From the NCBI RefSeq assembly GCF_036321535.1, contig NC_087437.1, positions 84,136,001 to 84,200,000 on the forward strand: 64,000 nucleotides of DNA. Reading direction: 5' to 3'. The stretch is from Camelus dromedarius (Eukaryota). The notes beneath the pieces are model-generated. The model did not search any database and was not told where the DNA came from. It saw nothing but the letters and a program-made list of their open reading frames with translations. Shown here in pieces: positions 38,804 through 50,452 of the stretch (position 1 is its first letter; each line of letters opens with the position of its first letter). The position numbers and the translations under genes were made by a program.

Positions 38804-39727
38804 TGTTGGGCCAGTTATCAATTTATTCCCCTCAGCTTCCTATTATTCCTTATTGCTAGCTTTGAGAAAATGGAGCTAGGTCATTTAGTATTTTTTCTTT
38901 ACCAGCCATGATGAGGTTAAGTTTTTTCAGTATTGGGAGACAGAGGGGCACTCGAGGAGAAAGGGGTTTTCACTCCTGGTTCTGATATAAGGTCTGGATT
39001 GCTCCTGCCAGGCATGTGGCTTGTCCAACACCTGTTCCAGCGTTAGGTTCTTACAGTGCCAGCAGCTTCCTTGTGTAGCACATGGCTCCTGCAGTGCACA
39101 GTGGCCAGGAACAGCCAGCAACTCCCCCACGAACCGTCAGGAAATTTTTGTTTGTTTTGTTTTAAACAATCTTTCACAACATTTCTTTTTCTTTTTCTTT
39201 TTTTTAATGGAGGTACTAGGGATTGAACCTAGGACCTCATGCATGCTAAGTATGCACTCTACCATGGAGTTATTTCCCTCCCCCAACCCTCAGGCAGTTT
39301 TGTACCCACTGGTGACACATCTGTTTGTGAACAGCTTTCTTTGACACTTTAGAGGGCCAATTTATGGCAAGCTACAGAGGGCAAACTTTCAGCAAGTTCC
39401 ATCAACTCAGCATCCCAGTTACTTCTCTGCCATGTGGTGACTGATTTACAGCCATGTCCTCTCTCCAGCAGTCTGGACCTTGACTCTGCAGGTACAGGGT
39501 TCAGGGATGGGGAAAGATCTTACTAAGTAAGAGCTTTATCTCAGCTCTAGGATTGGTGCTTACTCCTTATAGCAACTATTCCTTTATTATTTAAAGTTCT
39601 CATTACTTCCTTCTAGACAATCCCTATTTATTCAAATCCTGTTACAGTTAATAATTCTCCATGTTAAATTTTTCCTGTCCAACTTACTGTGTGGTATCTG
39701 TCTCCTAACTGGACTCTGACTGATACA
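38804..39727 (+). mobile_element. ERVL solo LTR, LTR41/LTR33-like, carrying a SINE insertion
   Basis: Starts 'tgttgggccagttatcaatttattcccctcagct'; ends 'ttactgtgtggtatctgtctcctaactggactctgactgataca'; TG...CA termini. Confidence 0.8.
39148..39284 (-). mobile_element. tRNA-derived SINE, camelid vic-1-like, with an imperfect 16-bp TSD
   Basis: Minus strand: GGGGAGGGAAATAACTCCATGGTAGAGTGCATACTTAGCATGCATGAGGTCCTAGGTTCAATCCCTAGTACC; flanks aaccgtcaggaaattt (39132-39147) and aaccctcaggcagttt (39285-39300) match at 13/16. Confidence 0.87.
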
Positions 39728-39779
39728 TCCATCAGTGCTGTGTTTTCAATTTTTAAACATACTAGGCTACATCGCAACT

Positions 39780-40134
39780 ACAAATGTTTTCTGTGTCACT
39801 CTGTCTTCCTGGAATATTCACCCTCCATTATACATTTGCATAATTTCCATTCAACCTTCAAGATGCAATGATTCTCTGGGAATCTTCACCTCCTTTCTCC
39901 TCTCCACTTCCCAAGGACTAAGGCTGAACTAGCGTCCTTTCTTTAGCCATTCATTCTATGACTACCTCTTTGTGATTCTTACTGTACCTCCATATAATTT
40001 TTGCTATACTTCCCTACTTTCTCAACTACATTAAGAGCCTTTTCAGTGTACAATGTGCCTTTTCATGTCTGTATTTTCAGCACGCAGCACAGCAATAGTA
40101 TAGGTATTTAAAAGGTTGTTAAATGAATGAATGA
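39780..40134 (+). mobile_element. L2 3' end (upstream part probably at ~38715-38803, before the LTR)
   Basis: 'tcattcaaccttcaaga'-type phrase, then 'tctgtattttcagcacgcagcacag...tgttaaatgaatgaatga'. Confidence 0.65.
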
Positions 40135-41244
40135 TCATTTTTTTTTTCTTTCTTACTTCCTATCTAATCTTGGCTCCTTCCTGGGCAGTATTATTTAAGT
40201 GACTTCCAAAGATGGGCTATCAACATCCCAGTCTTACTTCTTTTTACTTTCTCATCTCCTTATACTTCCCCCATCTCCACTTACCATAAACATATAGTGG
40301 TAGAGCTACTTCCATTTTAAACTAATCATATATTGTCTTTTGGGCATGCTGTCCAACTCTATCAGCATCTAGAAACAAAAGGACTGATCCTTTCTCACAG
40401 GGTTGAGCTGCTCAGAGTTTCCATGAGTAAAAGAACAACAGGAAGGAACCTCTGGGTTCAAAGTACAGACCCTGCTTTTTGCATACTGAGATATGAGCAT
40501 TTACTGTGGCAGTGTCACCTTCATTCAGCTCTCCAGTTCAACCTTGTTCCTTTTTCCCATTCTGAATCTTTTTTCCAACTATATTTTGATCTTAAGCATA
40601 TCACTGAAGAGGGAATATACATGTTTTCCATCCTGTCCAATTTCTGCTTCACATCCAAGTCCTGTCCTCCCATAGATCCACCTCCACCTGTTCTGTAATC
40701 CACTTTTCACATCTCCATTTCTTCGTGTTTGGGTCCTAGAAGAAAAACCTTTAGCTACTTTTTCTTCAATTAATTTTCTAATGTCTGTAGTCATCAGTCT
40801 ACTGGAATCTCTAATACACCCAAGTCACCATTATTGGCTTTTCTACTCTAGGGGTTCTGTTCCTGGGTCTACCAGTGAGGTTCTTGGGTTGAGTGTTAGC
40901 TGACCTTCTTTAATAATGCAGGATATTACTTAATTGATCATTTTGAATGTGTAATACTTTGTTAAGAGAAAATTTATGAACAAAAGAAGAAATTCATTGG
41001 ACTTTTTTCACCTGACATCTGGGTCATCCAAATCATTTGCAAAATAGCTTTACTTAATTCTAGAAGGTCATCAAAATTGTCATTAATTAAATGTAAGTTT
41101 TTACTATAATATGTATGCTCATTTGATGAAATTACTTTACATTCTGTATATATATTCTGCAATACATTAGTTTCCCTAAATTATAGGCAAGAAAGTATAA
41201 TTAGGTACTTAAGATAATTAATTTAGGTATTACTGTTGATTCCA

Positions 41245-41375
41245 TATTGGTTATTCAACCTCAGTGTTCTTGTCTATAAAAAGAGGATAGCATCTAATAG
41301 AAGATCACATAATACATGAAAGTATTAGATGCAACGTTTTCAATACAGGAAGTGTTCAGTAAACATTAGCTCTTG
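41245..41375 (+). mobile_element. MIR fragment
   Basis: 'cctcagtgttcttgtctataaaa...aagtgttcagtaaacattagct'. Confidence 0.5.
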
Positions 41376-43214
41376 TTTTGCGATGAGTATGTTCAACACA
41401 TTTGTCTATTTTATGTACTTAAGAAATTAGTTTCAATAATTACGAATAGTTATTACAACCTAATTATTCTATTAATTATTTTAGTTACATCTATAATGAC
41501 CCTGGTGCTAAATTCTTCATTAGGAACAAAACTCTCAATGATCAAATTGTTAGAATGAAAGTATGAGCTCATTTTTGATGACCTAATTTGTTTTATAGTT
41601 TTCAGAAATGCATTTAGGTGAATTGTGAGACCCTCCTGTACGCTCACATAACAACACTCTTGATGAAACTATATCTGAAATAATTTATTCATTTTAATGA
41701 CTGAAAAGATAAAGCCCTACACTAGAGAAACATCTTACAGGAATTGCAATGTGTGTTACACTTATCATATCCTAAAATGATTATCTTCCCCAAGAAACAG
41801 GATTGCCCTAAGGTGTCCAAGGTTTCCTTTCAAATGAAATTATTTGGAATGCAAGAGAAAGAAATGTGCTTTCCTCTGAGACAGCTGGTCTTATTTTGCA
41901 TAGCTATTATTACAAAGAAAAATCATTTGAGAGGAAAAATTTGATTCTTAGATATCAGGTTCAATGACTCTGAAAATCAGATACTTAGGGGTGTTTGTTT
42001 GCTTTCCTCTCTTCTGGGGTCCCTCTCTCTGCTCGTATAGCCATGAAAACAACAGTTTTCTTATTCTCCACTTGTTTCACTTTTGTATTTTTTACTCAAG
42101 GCTTATCTTTGTCTTTATCTCCTATACTAAATAATCTAAAGACTCCACTGTTTAAGCAGAGATAATTCTCCCTCCCCAGTCATAGAATGAAAAACCCAAG
42201 CTCTGAAGTTAGCTTTCAGTTAAGATCAGAAAGACATTTTCTCTCTAACACTGCTCTGCAGCTTCAGGAGTTCTGAGAAGTCATTTCAAATATGAAAATA
42301 TAAAAACAATCTGACTGCTGTAAGTCACTAAGAAGACTGGTTCAAGCCTTTACATTACTTCACTCTTTACATCAGTAGAATTGATTCACAGATCTTTAAG
42401 TAATTTTTTAAAGTCCAGCTATAGGCTAAATAATTAAGAAATTCACTATATGATTTATTTGGTCCTTCGTATAAGAAAAAAAAATAAGCTGTTGATTTAA
42501 TTAAGGACTTTAAAAATTATGCCTTGATCATTTGAACAATTATATTAAAAACAATGATAAAAGTACTTGGCAAAAATTTCCAACTCTTAAGCAAATTATA
42601 CTACATACTTCATGTTCCAAGTAAAAAAAATGTGAGTTTATCTTTCATATACTATACTATTTATAAACATATACATACCTTTGCAGACACGTATGGCAAT
42701 GTTTTTAAGAACAAATCCAAATTACTGAATTTTAGAATAACATTAAAAATCATTACCAAATTTTCTGTTGCAATGCATTTTAATGCCATAAATTATTCTA
42801 ATTTTCTTGCAACTAAAAATGTGGTAAAAAATATTGTTTAAATTAAAATAGAAAATACATAAAAAGTCAAAAATTATTTAGGGAAAACTGAGAGTACAAC
42901 ACATTATAAGCATGAGAACAGAATAAAACTAGATAATTCATCTTGCTTTTTCTATGGAGTTAGAAACATTAGTGCTTTCCAATGATAAAAGATTAGAGTC
43001 TAAATTAAGGCTGCATTATAAGAGTGCTCAATTCTCCCCTCTATTATAAGAAATAAGACAAGAAGTTCTTTCATGCCTGAAGTAGAAGAGAGAACTAATG
43101 TTCAGCTCGGCTATAAACAGTGCTCAAAGGTATCCTCCCACTCTTACACACATACTAGGGGTATTTTTGTTCAATCGAAAAATTACAATATGATAATTGA
43201 GATAGGTGTTTATA

Positions 43215-43549
43215 TTAATGATTCTCAATGTATTAACCCTCCTGATAGTTTTATTTTCTATATTCTCCTCACACAAGAACTCTGTGCTTGGTCATGTGAT
43301 TTGCTTTGGACAATGCGACATCATCAAATGTGACTCAAGCCAAAGCTTAAAATGTCCTTTCACACTGCAGCTTGCCCTCTTGGAACATTGTCATTGCCAT
43401 ATAAAGCCTTTTTGAGGAGTACAGACCACATGAAGATGAAGAACAAGCTACCCCACCTCTTCAGCTGAGCACAGCCCCCAGGCAACCTGTCTGCTTTATA
43501 TATACATATGAGTAAGCTCAGGTGAGGCCAGAAATATATAACTGATACA
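43215..43549 (+). mobile_element. MaLR LTR, MLT1G/H-like, internally deleted
   Basis: 'cttggtcatgtgatttgctttggacaatg...aaatgtgactcaagc...cttgccctcttggaac', ending 'taactgataca'. Confidence 0.65.
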
Positions 43550-44573
43550 AGAGACTATCCCTAATACCTCCTCCATTAAGCAGGAAGAGATAGGATGTAG
43601 TTATCAAAATTTTCTACTTTAAATATTGATATCTGGGAGGAAAGAAAAAGGTGGAGAGGTTACTAAGGAAGAATTGTGATTGAACTACCCTGGGCATCCA
43701 GTTGAAAGGCAGAGGGTTTAAAATAACATCACACTTGTGCCATTATTATTTTCCTTTGTATTGTTTCCGGTTACTACTAGTATATATTTGTTGATTGAAT
43801 GCATAAATGGGTTAGGTAACTTCCTGCAATTTCTTATCTTTGAACAAGGTGACAGATAGGGATAGTGCTAACATATATCCCTTTTGTCCTTAGAATATTT
43901 CATTTTTCTATTAGAAGTGTATAATTTATCTAGAAGGAAGAGTATTGATGACAGTTATGTTGGTGGTAGAAATAGTCAAAAATAATAGGTACTATGTGTA
44001 ATGCACTGTGATCAATCTCTTAACTCAATCACATCTCCTAACAGACGTATGAAGAAAGAAGAACTTTAAGAAATTTTTAAATTAATTTTTAATTTCTACT
44101 AAGAATTTTTTTATTGAAGCATAATTGACTTACAATACTATATTGGTTTTAGGTGTACCACATAGTGATTTAATATTTTTATGCATTATGAAATATTCAC
44201 CACAAGTCTAGTTACCATCTGTCACCAAAGTTATTACAATACTATGGGCTATATTCCCTATGCTGTACATTACATGCCCATGACTTATTTTATATCTGGA
44301 AGTTTATACCTGTTAATCCCCTTCACCTGTTTCACCTATCCTCACACCCTCCTCCCCTATAGTGACCATGAGTTTGTTCACTGTTTCTATAAGTTTGTTT
44401 TTGTTTTGTTTGTTTATTTGTTTTGTTTTGAGATTCCAGATATAAGTGAAATCATACAGTGTTTGTCTTTCTTTGTCTAACTTTTTTCACTTAGCATAAT
44501 ACCTACTAGGTCCATCCATGTTGTCAAAAAATGGCAAAATTTCATTCTTTTTTTCATGGCTGAATAATATCCC

Positions 44574-44575
<2 letters not shown>

Positions 44576-44616
<41 letters not shown>
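44576..44616. repeat. (TG)20 microsatellite inside the L1
   Basis: Perfect TG run of 41 nt. Confidence 0.97.
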
Positions 44617-44617
<1 letters not shown>

Positions 44618-44629
44618 TTCTTTATCCAT

Positions 44630-46156
44630 TCATCTATAAATGGACACTGAGGTTGCTTCCATATTTTGGCAATTGTAAATAGCCTCGATGAATACTGGGA
44701 TGCATGTATGTTTCAGAATTAGAGTTTTCTTTTTCTTTAGATAAATACCTACAAGTAGAACTGCTGGACCATATGGTAGTTCTATTTTTAATTTTTGGAG
44801 GAACCTCCGTAATGCTTTCCATAGTGACTGTACCAATTTACATTCCTATCAACAGTGCACAAAGATTACCATTTCCCCACATCCTTGCCAACACTTGCTA
44901 TTTCTTATCTTGGTAATAGTCATCTGACAGATGTGAGATTTCTCATTCTGGTTTTGATTTGCATTTCCCTGATAATTAGTGATGTTGAGCATCTTTTCAT
45001 GTACCTGTTGGCCATCTGTATGTCTTCTTTGGAAAAATATATATTCAGATCCTCTGCCAATTTTTTAATCAAATTTTTTGTTTTCTTAATATTGGGTTGT
45101 ATGAGTTTTTAATAAATGTTGGATATTAACCTCTTATTGGACATACCATTTGCAAATATCTTCTCCCATTCAGTTGGTTACCTGTTTATTTTGTTGACGG
45201 TTCCTTTCACTGTGCAAAAGCTTTTTAGTTTTATGTAGTCTCATGTGTTTATTTTTCCTTATGTTGCCCTTGTCTGAGAAGACAGATTAAAAAAAATATT
45301 GCTAAGACCAAAGTCAAAGCACTTACTGCTGATGTTTTCTTCTAGTAGTTTTATGATTTGTCTTACCTTAACTCTTGAACCTATTTTTAGTAAATTTGTG
45401 TATATTGTATAAGAAAGTGGCCTAGTTTCACTCTTCTGCATGCAGCTGTCATTTTCTCAACACCATTTATTGAACAGACTGTGCTTCCATGTTGTATATT
45501 CTTATATTCTTTGTTGTAGATTAACTGACCATATAAGCATGAGTTAATTTCTGTGCTCTCTATTCTGTTCCACTGATCTATGTGTCTGTTTTTATGCCAG
45601 TAACATATGGGTTTGATAATAACTTGGTTGTAGAGTTTGAAATCAAGAAGTGCAATGTCAGCTTTATTCCTTTTTCTCAAGATAGTTCTAGCTATTTGGA
45701 GTCTTTTGTCATTCCATACAAATTTTAGGATTATTTGCTCCAGTTCTGTGAAAAATACCATGGTATTTTGATAAGGATTGCACTGAATTTGTAGACTGCT
45801 TTGAGCAGTGTGGACATTTTAACAATATTAATTCTTCTAATCCATGAGCACAGCATATCTTTCCAGTTATTTGTGACATCTTCATTTCTTTCATCAGTGT
45901 CTTATAGTTCTGAATACAGCTCTTTAACCTCTTTGGTTAGATTTATTTCTAGATATTTTATTCTCTTTGATGCAATGGGATTGTTTTCTTAATTTCTCTC
46001 TCTGACTATCTGTTATTTGTATATAGAAATGCACCAGATTTCCATATATTGATTTTCTGTCCTGTAAATTTACTGAATTCATTTATTAGTTCTAGCAGTT
46101 TTCTGGTAGAGTTTTTAGGGTTTTCTGCATGTAGTATCTGCAAGTAGTGACAGTTT
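44630..46156 (-). pseudogene. Disrupted L1 ORF2p remnant (RT C-terminal part and C-terminal domain)
   Basis: Multiple short frames with ORF2p similarity separated by stops and frameshifts; begins at KLSL-(F)A(DD) followed by ENPKNST. Confidence 0.85.
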
Positions 46157-46279
46157 GTCTACTACCCTTCATACTGGTTTTTTCAGAGGCAGATTCACTG
46201 CCTTTACAACATATATTTGCCTTTAACAGTGAGACTTTTTTCTTTCAAATATTTTCTTATTTTTAGCAATGGGCTTTTC

Positions 46280-47129
46280 TTTTTCTCTTAAAGAAGACCC
46301 TTTAACATTTCTTGTAAGACCAGTTTAGTGGAGATGAACTCCTTTAGTTTTTACTTGTCTGGGAAACTTTAATCTCTCCAATTCTGAATGATAACCTCAC
46401 TAGGTAAAGTATTCTTGGTTGTAAATTTTTCCTTTCATCACTTTAAATATATATTCAACTCCTTTCTGCCTGCAAAGTTTCTAATGGAAAATCATCTGAA
46501 AACCTTATAGGGGCTCCCTTGTATGTGACTAGTTCTTCTCTTGCTGCCTTTAAAATTTTAACTTCTGCCATTTTAATTATTATGTGTTGTGGTGGATCTC
46601 TCTGGGTTCACTTTGAGACACTCTGTGCTTCCTGGACCTGGATATCTGTTTCTTTCATCAGGCTAAAGAAATTTTCGCCATTATTTCTGCAAATAAGTTT
46701 TCTGCTTTTTTCTTTCTCGTTTCTCCTTCTGGGAACACTTTCAGGTGAACATTACTATACTTGTTGTCCCAAAGGTCCCTTAAAGTATTTTCATTTAAAA
46801 ATTCTCTTTCTTTTTCCTATTCTGTTGAGTGATTTCCACCATTGTCTTCCAGATTGCTGGTCCATTCTTCTGTATCATCTAATCTGCTACTGATTCCCTG
46901 TATTTTTCATTATCTATTGTATTCTTCAGCTTTGATCAAGTCTTCCTTGTATTTTTTTTTTTTTTTAATTTCTGTGTTCCTCCATTCTTCTCCCAAGTTT
47001 GAGGAGCATTTTTATAATTATTTCTTGGAACCCTTTTTCAGGTGAATTAGTTATCTCTGTTTCATTAGGGTTTTTATCTGGAATTTTACACATTCTTTTT
47101 GGGGGAAACATATTCCTCTGTCTCCTCAT
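46280..47129 (-). pseudogene. Disrupted L1 ORF1p remnant
   Basis: N-terminus MRRQRNMF, then after a frameshift NETEITNSPEKGFQEIIIKMLLKLGRRMEEH; antisense ORF1 C-terminal phrases 'ctttaacatttcttgtaagaccagtttagtggagatgaactcc'. Confidence 0.75.
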
Positions 47130-47404
47130 TTTGTTTTGACTTTCTGTGTTTGTTTCTATGAATTAGGCAAAACAGGTACCTCTCCTGGTCTGAAAGGTAT
47201 GGTCTTGTGCAGGAGCATCCCCTGTGAAGACAGTAAGTGTCAGGAGGCTTTGGCAGGCCAGCTGAGGATGGTGCAGGTATCAGCATTGGGCAATCTTGGG
47301 GTCCACCCTTGAAAGCTAGCTGGTACTGGGTTGGGTGGGGGCTGGGGTTGTCCCAGGACACTCTGTGCCAGGGTCACCTTGGTGAATGGCTAGATCTGTT
47401 GTAA

Positions 47405-47550
47405 AAGGGACTGTTAATATTCTTATTTTACAGAGAAACTAAAGGTTAGAGAGTTTGAATGAGATGTCCAATATCACACCAACAAGTGAATGAAGATGCC
47501 ATGTTGCAAACCCAGGTCTTTTTAACTCCAGAGGCTAACAACTGTGCTAA
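47405..47550 (-). mobile_element. MIR half; the other half is probably at ~43975-44055, split by the L1
   Basis: 'tattcttattttacagagaaactaaaggttagagag...tgtccaatatcacacc...aaacccaggtctttttaactccaga'. Confidence 0.7.
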
Positions 47551-47914
47551 AGTATTTCTACTATTTTTATATTCATCTGCACTACCGACACAAGGCTTGT
47601 GTGAAGGCTGGATCTAGGTCCAAGCAGTTTTCCTTTTACCAAAATAGCAGCAGCAGAGATCTACCTAGACATTTTTCCACTTCTGGGAAGGTGCTATACA
47701 ACACAAGAGGCCAGGAACCAACAAAAAGTGATGAGACTTATGAACACAAACATCTCCAAATTGAGGGAGAAGGTCAAACTAGAAAGCCCATTCCTCTTGT
47801 CTCTTGTGCAGTGCTTCTATGACCTACCTGGGATAGTAATGAAAGAGAAGATCTGTGAAAGTGTTTAAGGGGGAGAAGGAGCTTTTACCTACCAGTACAA
47901 GAGAATGTCAAATT

Positions 47915-48026
47915 TAGGGTCAGCATATAATTTGCTATCTAAGTCAGGTTAACTGAGAGGAAAAGGGACACTACTAATAAGCAGACTGGAATAACAGGTG
48001 TTAACTGTGACTATTTCAGGCACCCT
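47915..48026 (+). mobile_element. MER94 hAT-Blackjack element
   Basis: 'tagggtcagcatataatttgctatctaa...gagaggaaaagggacactactaataa...caccct'; AGGGT...ACCCT inverted termini. Confidence 0.7.
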
Positions 48027-48936
48027 GGTTTATACAGCAGCTAAAAATGGATTTGAGGTAGTTCTGGGATGCAGTATTATCTACTCCAGTAGTGATACCA
48101 ATCATCTTGAGATAAATTGTATTTCCAAGTATTTGTATGAAGTACATACCTCAATTTTCTCTAAATAATTAAAGTATTGGAAGATTAGCATTCTGGTTAT
48201 ATTTGTATTATTGTCTGTTGTATAAGAAACTATTAATAATACTAGGAAAATCATATTATAAGTATAGAACATGTTTTACATTGCACAGAAAATTAAATAG
48301 ATTTGCAAATTAATATATGATATTTAATTATGTCATACCAAACTTTTCCAAATTAAAATGTAAAACTGATTTTTCTACGGTGTTCCATTCTACACCTTTC
48401 ATTATTGTCATCCCTTAGGAAATATATTATTTTTATTTAAAAATGCAGAATCAAAGGAGCACTAAAGAAAAATATCAGAATGCTATTTAATAATTATAGC
48501 TCTGAAAAGAGTACATATATGATTTGTTATGAGGAAAAATCATTTTCAAGCATTTTATAAGAACATAGATGCCTGGAGGACAGTTTTTCCCCAACATTAC
48601 ATTTTATCTAACAACTCATTCTGTTTTCTTAATGTCTCTTACCACACTCAAGCACTCAACTGTTCATTTTAGTGTCAGTTGGCAAACCCTTGTGTATTTC
48701 CAGATGAATCTAAATCCTGAAAGATTATAAACCTTTCTAAAAATTAATGACCCAGGCAAAAGTCTTCCTATCAACAAACCATTTCTCTTCATGAATCTTA
48801 ATTAGCAGACGTTTTTAAGCTAAGATTTCCCAAGTTCCCTCTATGGATAAAGAATATCCTTTTATTCTTAGCAACTACATCGTAATAAATTTGTAACACT
48901 CCTAGGACTTAAATAAGGTAGGCTATATATATAAGT

Positions 48937-49110
48937 CTATGTTCTCAAATTTTAATGTGGGTAAGAATCACTTGGGAAGTTTGTTAAAAATGCATATCCC
49001 CAGTCTACAGCCTAAGATGTTCAGGTTCAGTAGGACTTGGCTAAGACACAGGAACTTGTATTTTTAATAAGCAACCAAGTCCTTCTGATAAATGTTGCTT
49101 TAGAGTGCCT
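48937..49110. mobile_element. MER5A/B hAT-Charlie element
   Basis: 'gttctcaaattttaatgtgggtaagaatcacttgggaagtttgttaaaaatgca...tgtatttttaataagc'. Confidence 0.7.
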
Positions 49111-49435
49111 ATCGGATATAGTGCTTTTTAAGAGTTAGTCTGCAACATTTTATAGGAGGAAAGTAAATTAAATGTGTTCCCATTCAACTACTTAAAATCA
49201 CATTATGTGTATGCAATTTAGTTTAAAGTTTTCAAAAACACAGCTAAGCAGAATCATCCTCATTATTTCCCAAAGAGGGAAATTAAAAAAAATAATACCA
49301 GAAATGAAAAATGGTGGCGAGGGTAATGGGAGGAGGAGGCAAAATCTCATTATCTTTAGAAAGGTTTACAAAAAAACAAAAAGAAGAAAAGTATCCACAA
49401 TAGCTACTCAGTTACAATGAAAGTTGAAAACTTTA

Positions 49436-49487
49436 TACACATACAAACACACATGGACATACACACACAAACACACACAAACACGTG
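49436..49487. repeat. Imperfect (CA)n microsatellite
   Basis: Interrupted CA units. Confidence 0.75.
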
Positions 49488-50314
49488 TGAATAGATTCTT
49501 ACAGGGACTGAAATTATCCTTTCTAGACAAATCAGAAAGAAACAAAAATGAAAATTTGTCATATAAAATAGGCTAAATAAAATTATAACCATTCATTTTT
49601 TTTCTGAGAATAATACACCTTTTTGAAGTACTGATTAGAAGAAATATTTCTTTCATATTGTTGATAATTGTTACATTCAAGATCTTTTTCAAAATAAAAT
49701 GCAAACATTTTATTCTCATTTTGGTACATAATGACATATTTACTTATAAAATGAACATTTATTTCCCCTTATTTAAGCAGTTACTTAGATCAGTTTAGTG
49801 ACTATTTTGTCTTATATCACTCCGTAAAGATGCACTTATTAAACTGTTCTAAAGGGAAAATAAATGAAAGTCGAATAGAAATGCTGGATTTTTTAAGCTA
49901 AACTTTCTTTTCTCTATACTAATATTTATTTTTAGTAGCGTCATAAGAATTATGCGTTTGTGAATAACAGAGGGCACCTGGAAACCTAGTTTAGCCATTC
50001 ACGTAACAAATCACTAAAGGAATATTGAATATGCAGGCCTTAATGCGGTGGCTCTTTTTAGGGATTCAGGTAGTTTTCATCATCTGTGTTTGGTTGCCAA
50101 GTAGTTATGTTAGAAACTGCTGCTTTTGCTGTTCATATGCTATTTTCCATCTGTTGCTTGCTTAGAATTTTGTCATCTCATCTGTCAGGTGAGTCACACA
50201 GGAATTGGCTCACCTAGCCATGAAAGATACAAAGGCAGCCAGTGGGAAAGCAGTAGAAAGAACACAATTGGAAGTTCCAGCCCCAACCAATTTCATCTAG
50301 GTTAGGTGAAACAC

Positions 50315-50452
50315 AAAGGCAGATCAAAGTTTTATCGGTCTTGAAATTACATAATTTGAGGTTTCCTTTAAGATAAAGTCACCTGGGCCTGGGAAGGGAC
50401 CCATGAAAATGAGGGGCCAAACTTTGTTAGTTACATGGAGACTCATGATTCT
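50315..50452 (+). mobile_element. MER91-like hAT-Tip100 element
   Basis: 'ggcagatcaaagttttatcggtcttgaa...gggcctgggaagggacccatgaaaatgaggggcc'. Confidence 0.6.

Larger units (their letters stand above)
44105..47395 (-). mobile_element. LINE-1 (laurasiatherian type), ~3.3 kb: 5'UTR piece, ORF1, 3' half of ORF2 and 3'UTR, with a large internal deletion
   Basis: ORF2-like translations at 45387-45761 ([15 protein letters not shown]...YWHKNRHIDQWNRIE) and 44630-44836 (VQSLWK...LKIELPYGPAV); ORF1-like start ATG AGG AGA CAG AGG AAT ATG at 47129; antisense 3' end 'tttttttattgaagcataattgacttacaat'. Confidence 0.93.

Noticed and set aside
40333..40794. Cluster of overlapping ORFs up to 121 aa with a minus-strand acceptor-like site at ~40737
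   Set aside because: No recognisable protein, non-ATG starts for several, stops in the frames following the acceptor, and only a vague ERVL-like phrase.
46519..46893. 124-aa plus-strand ORF
   Set aside because: It is an antisense reading of the L1 ORF1 remnant.
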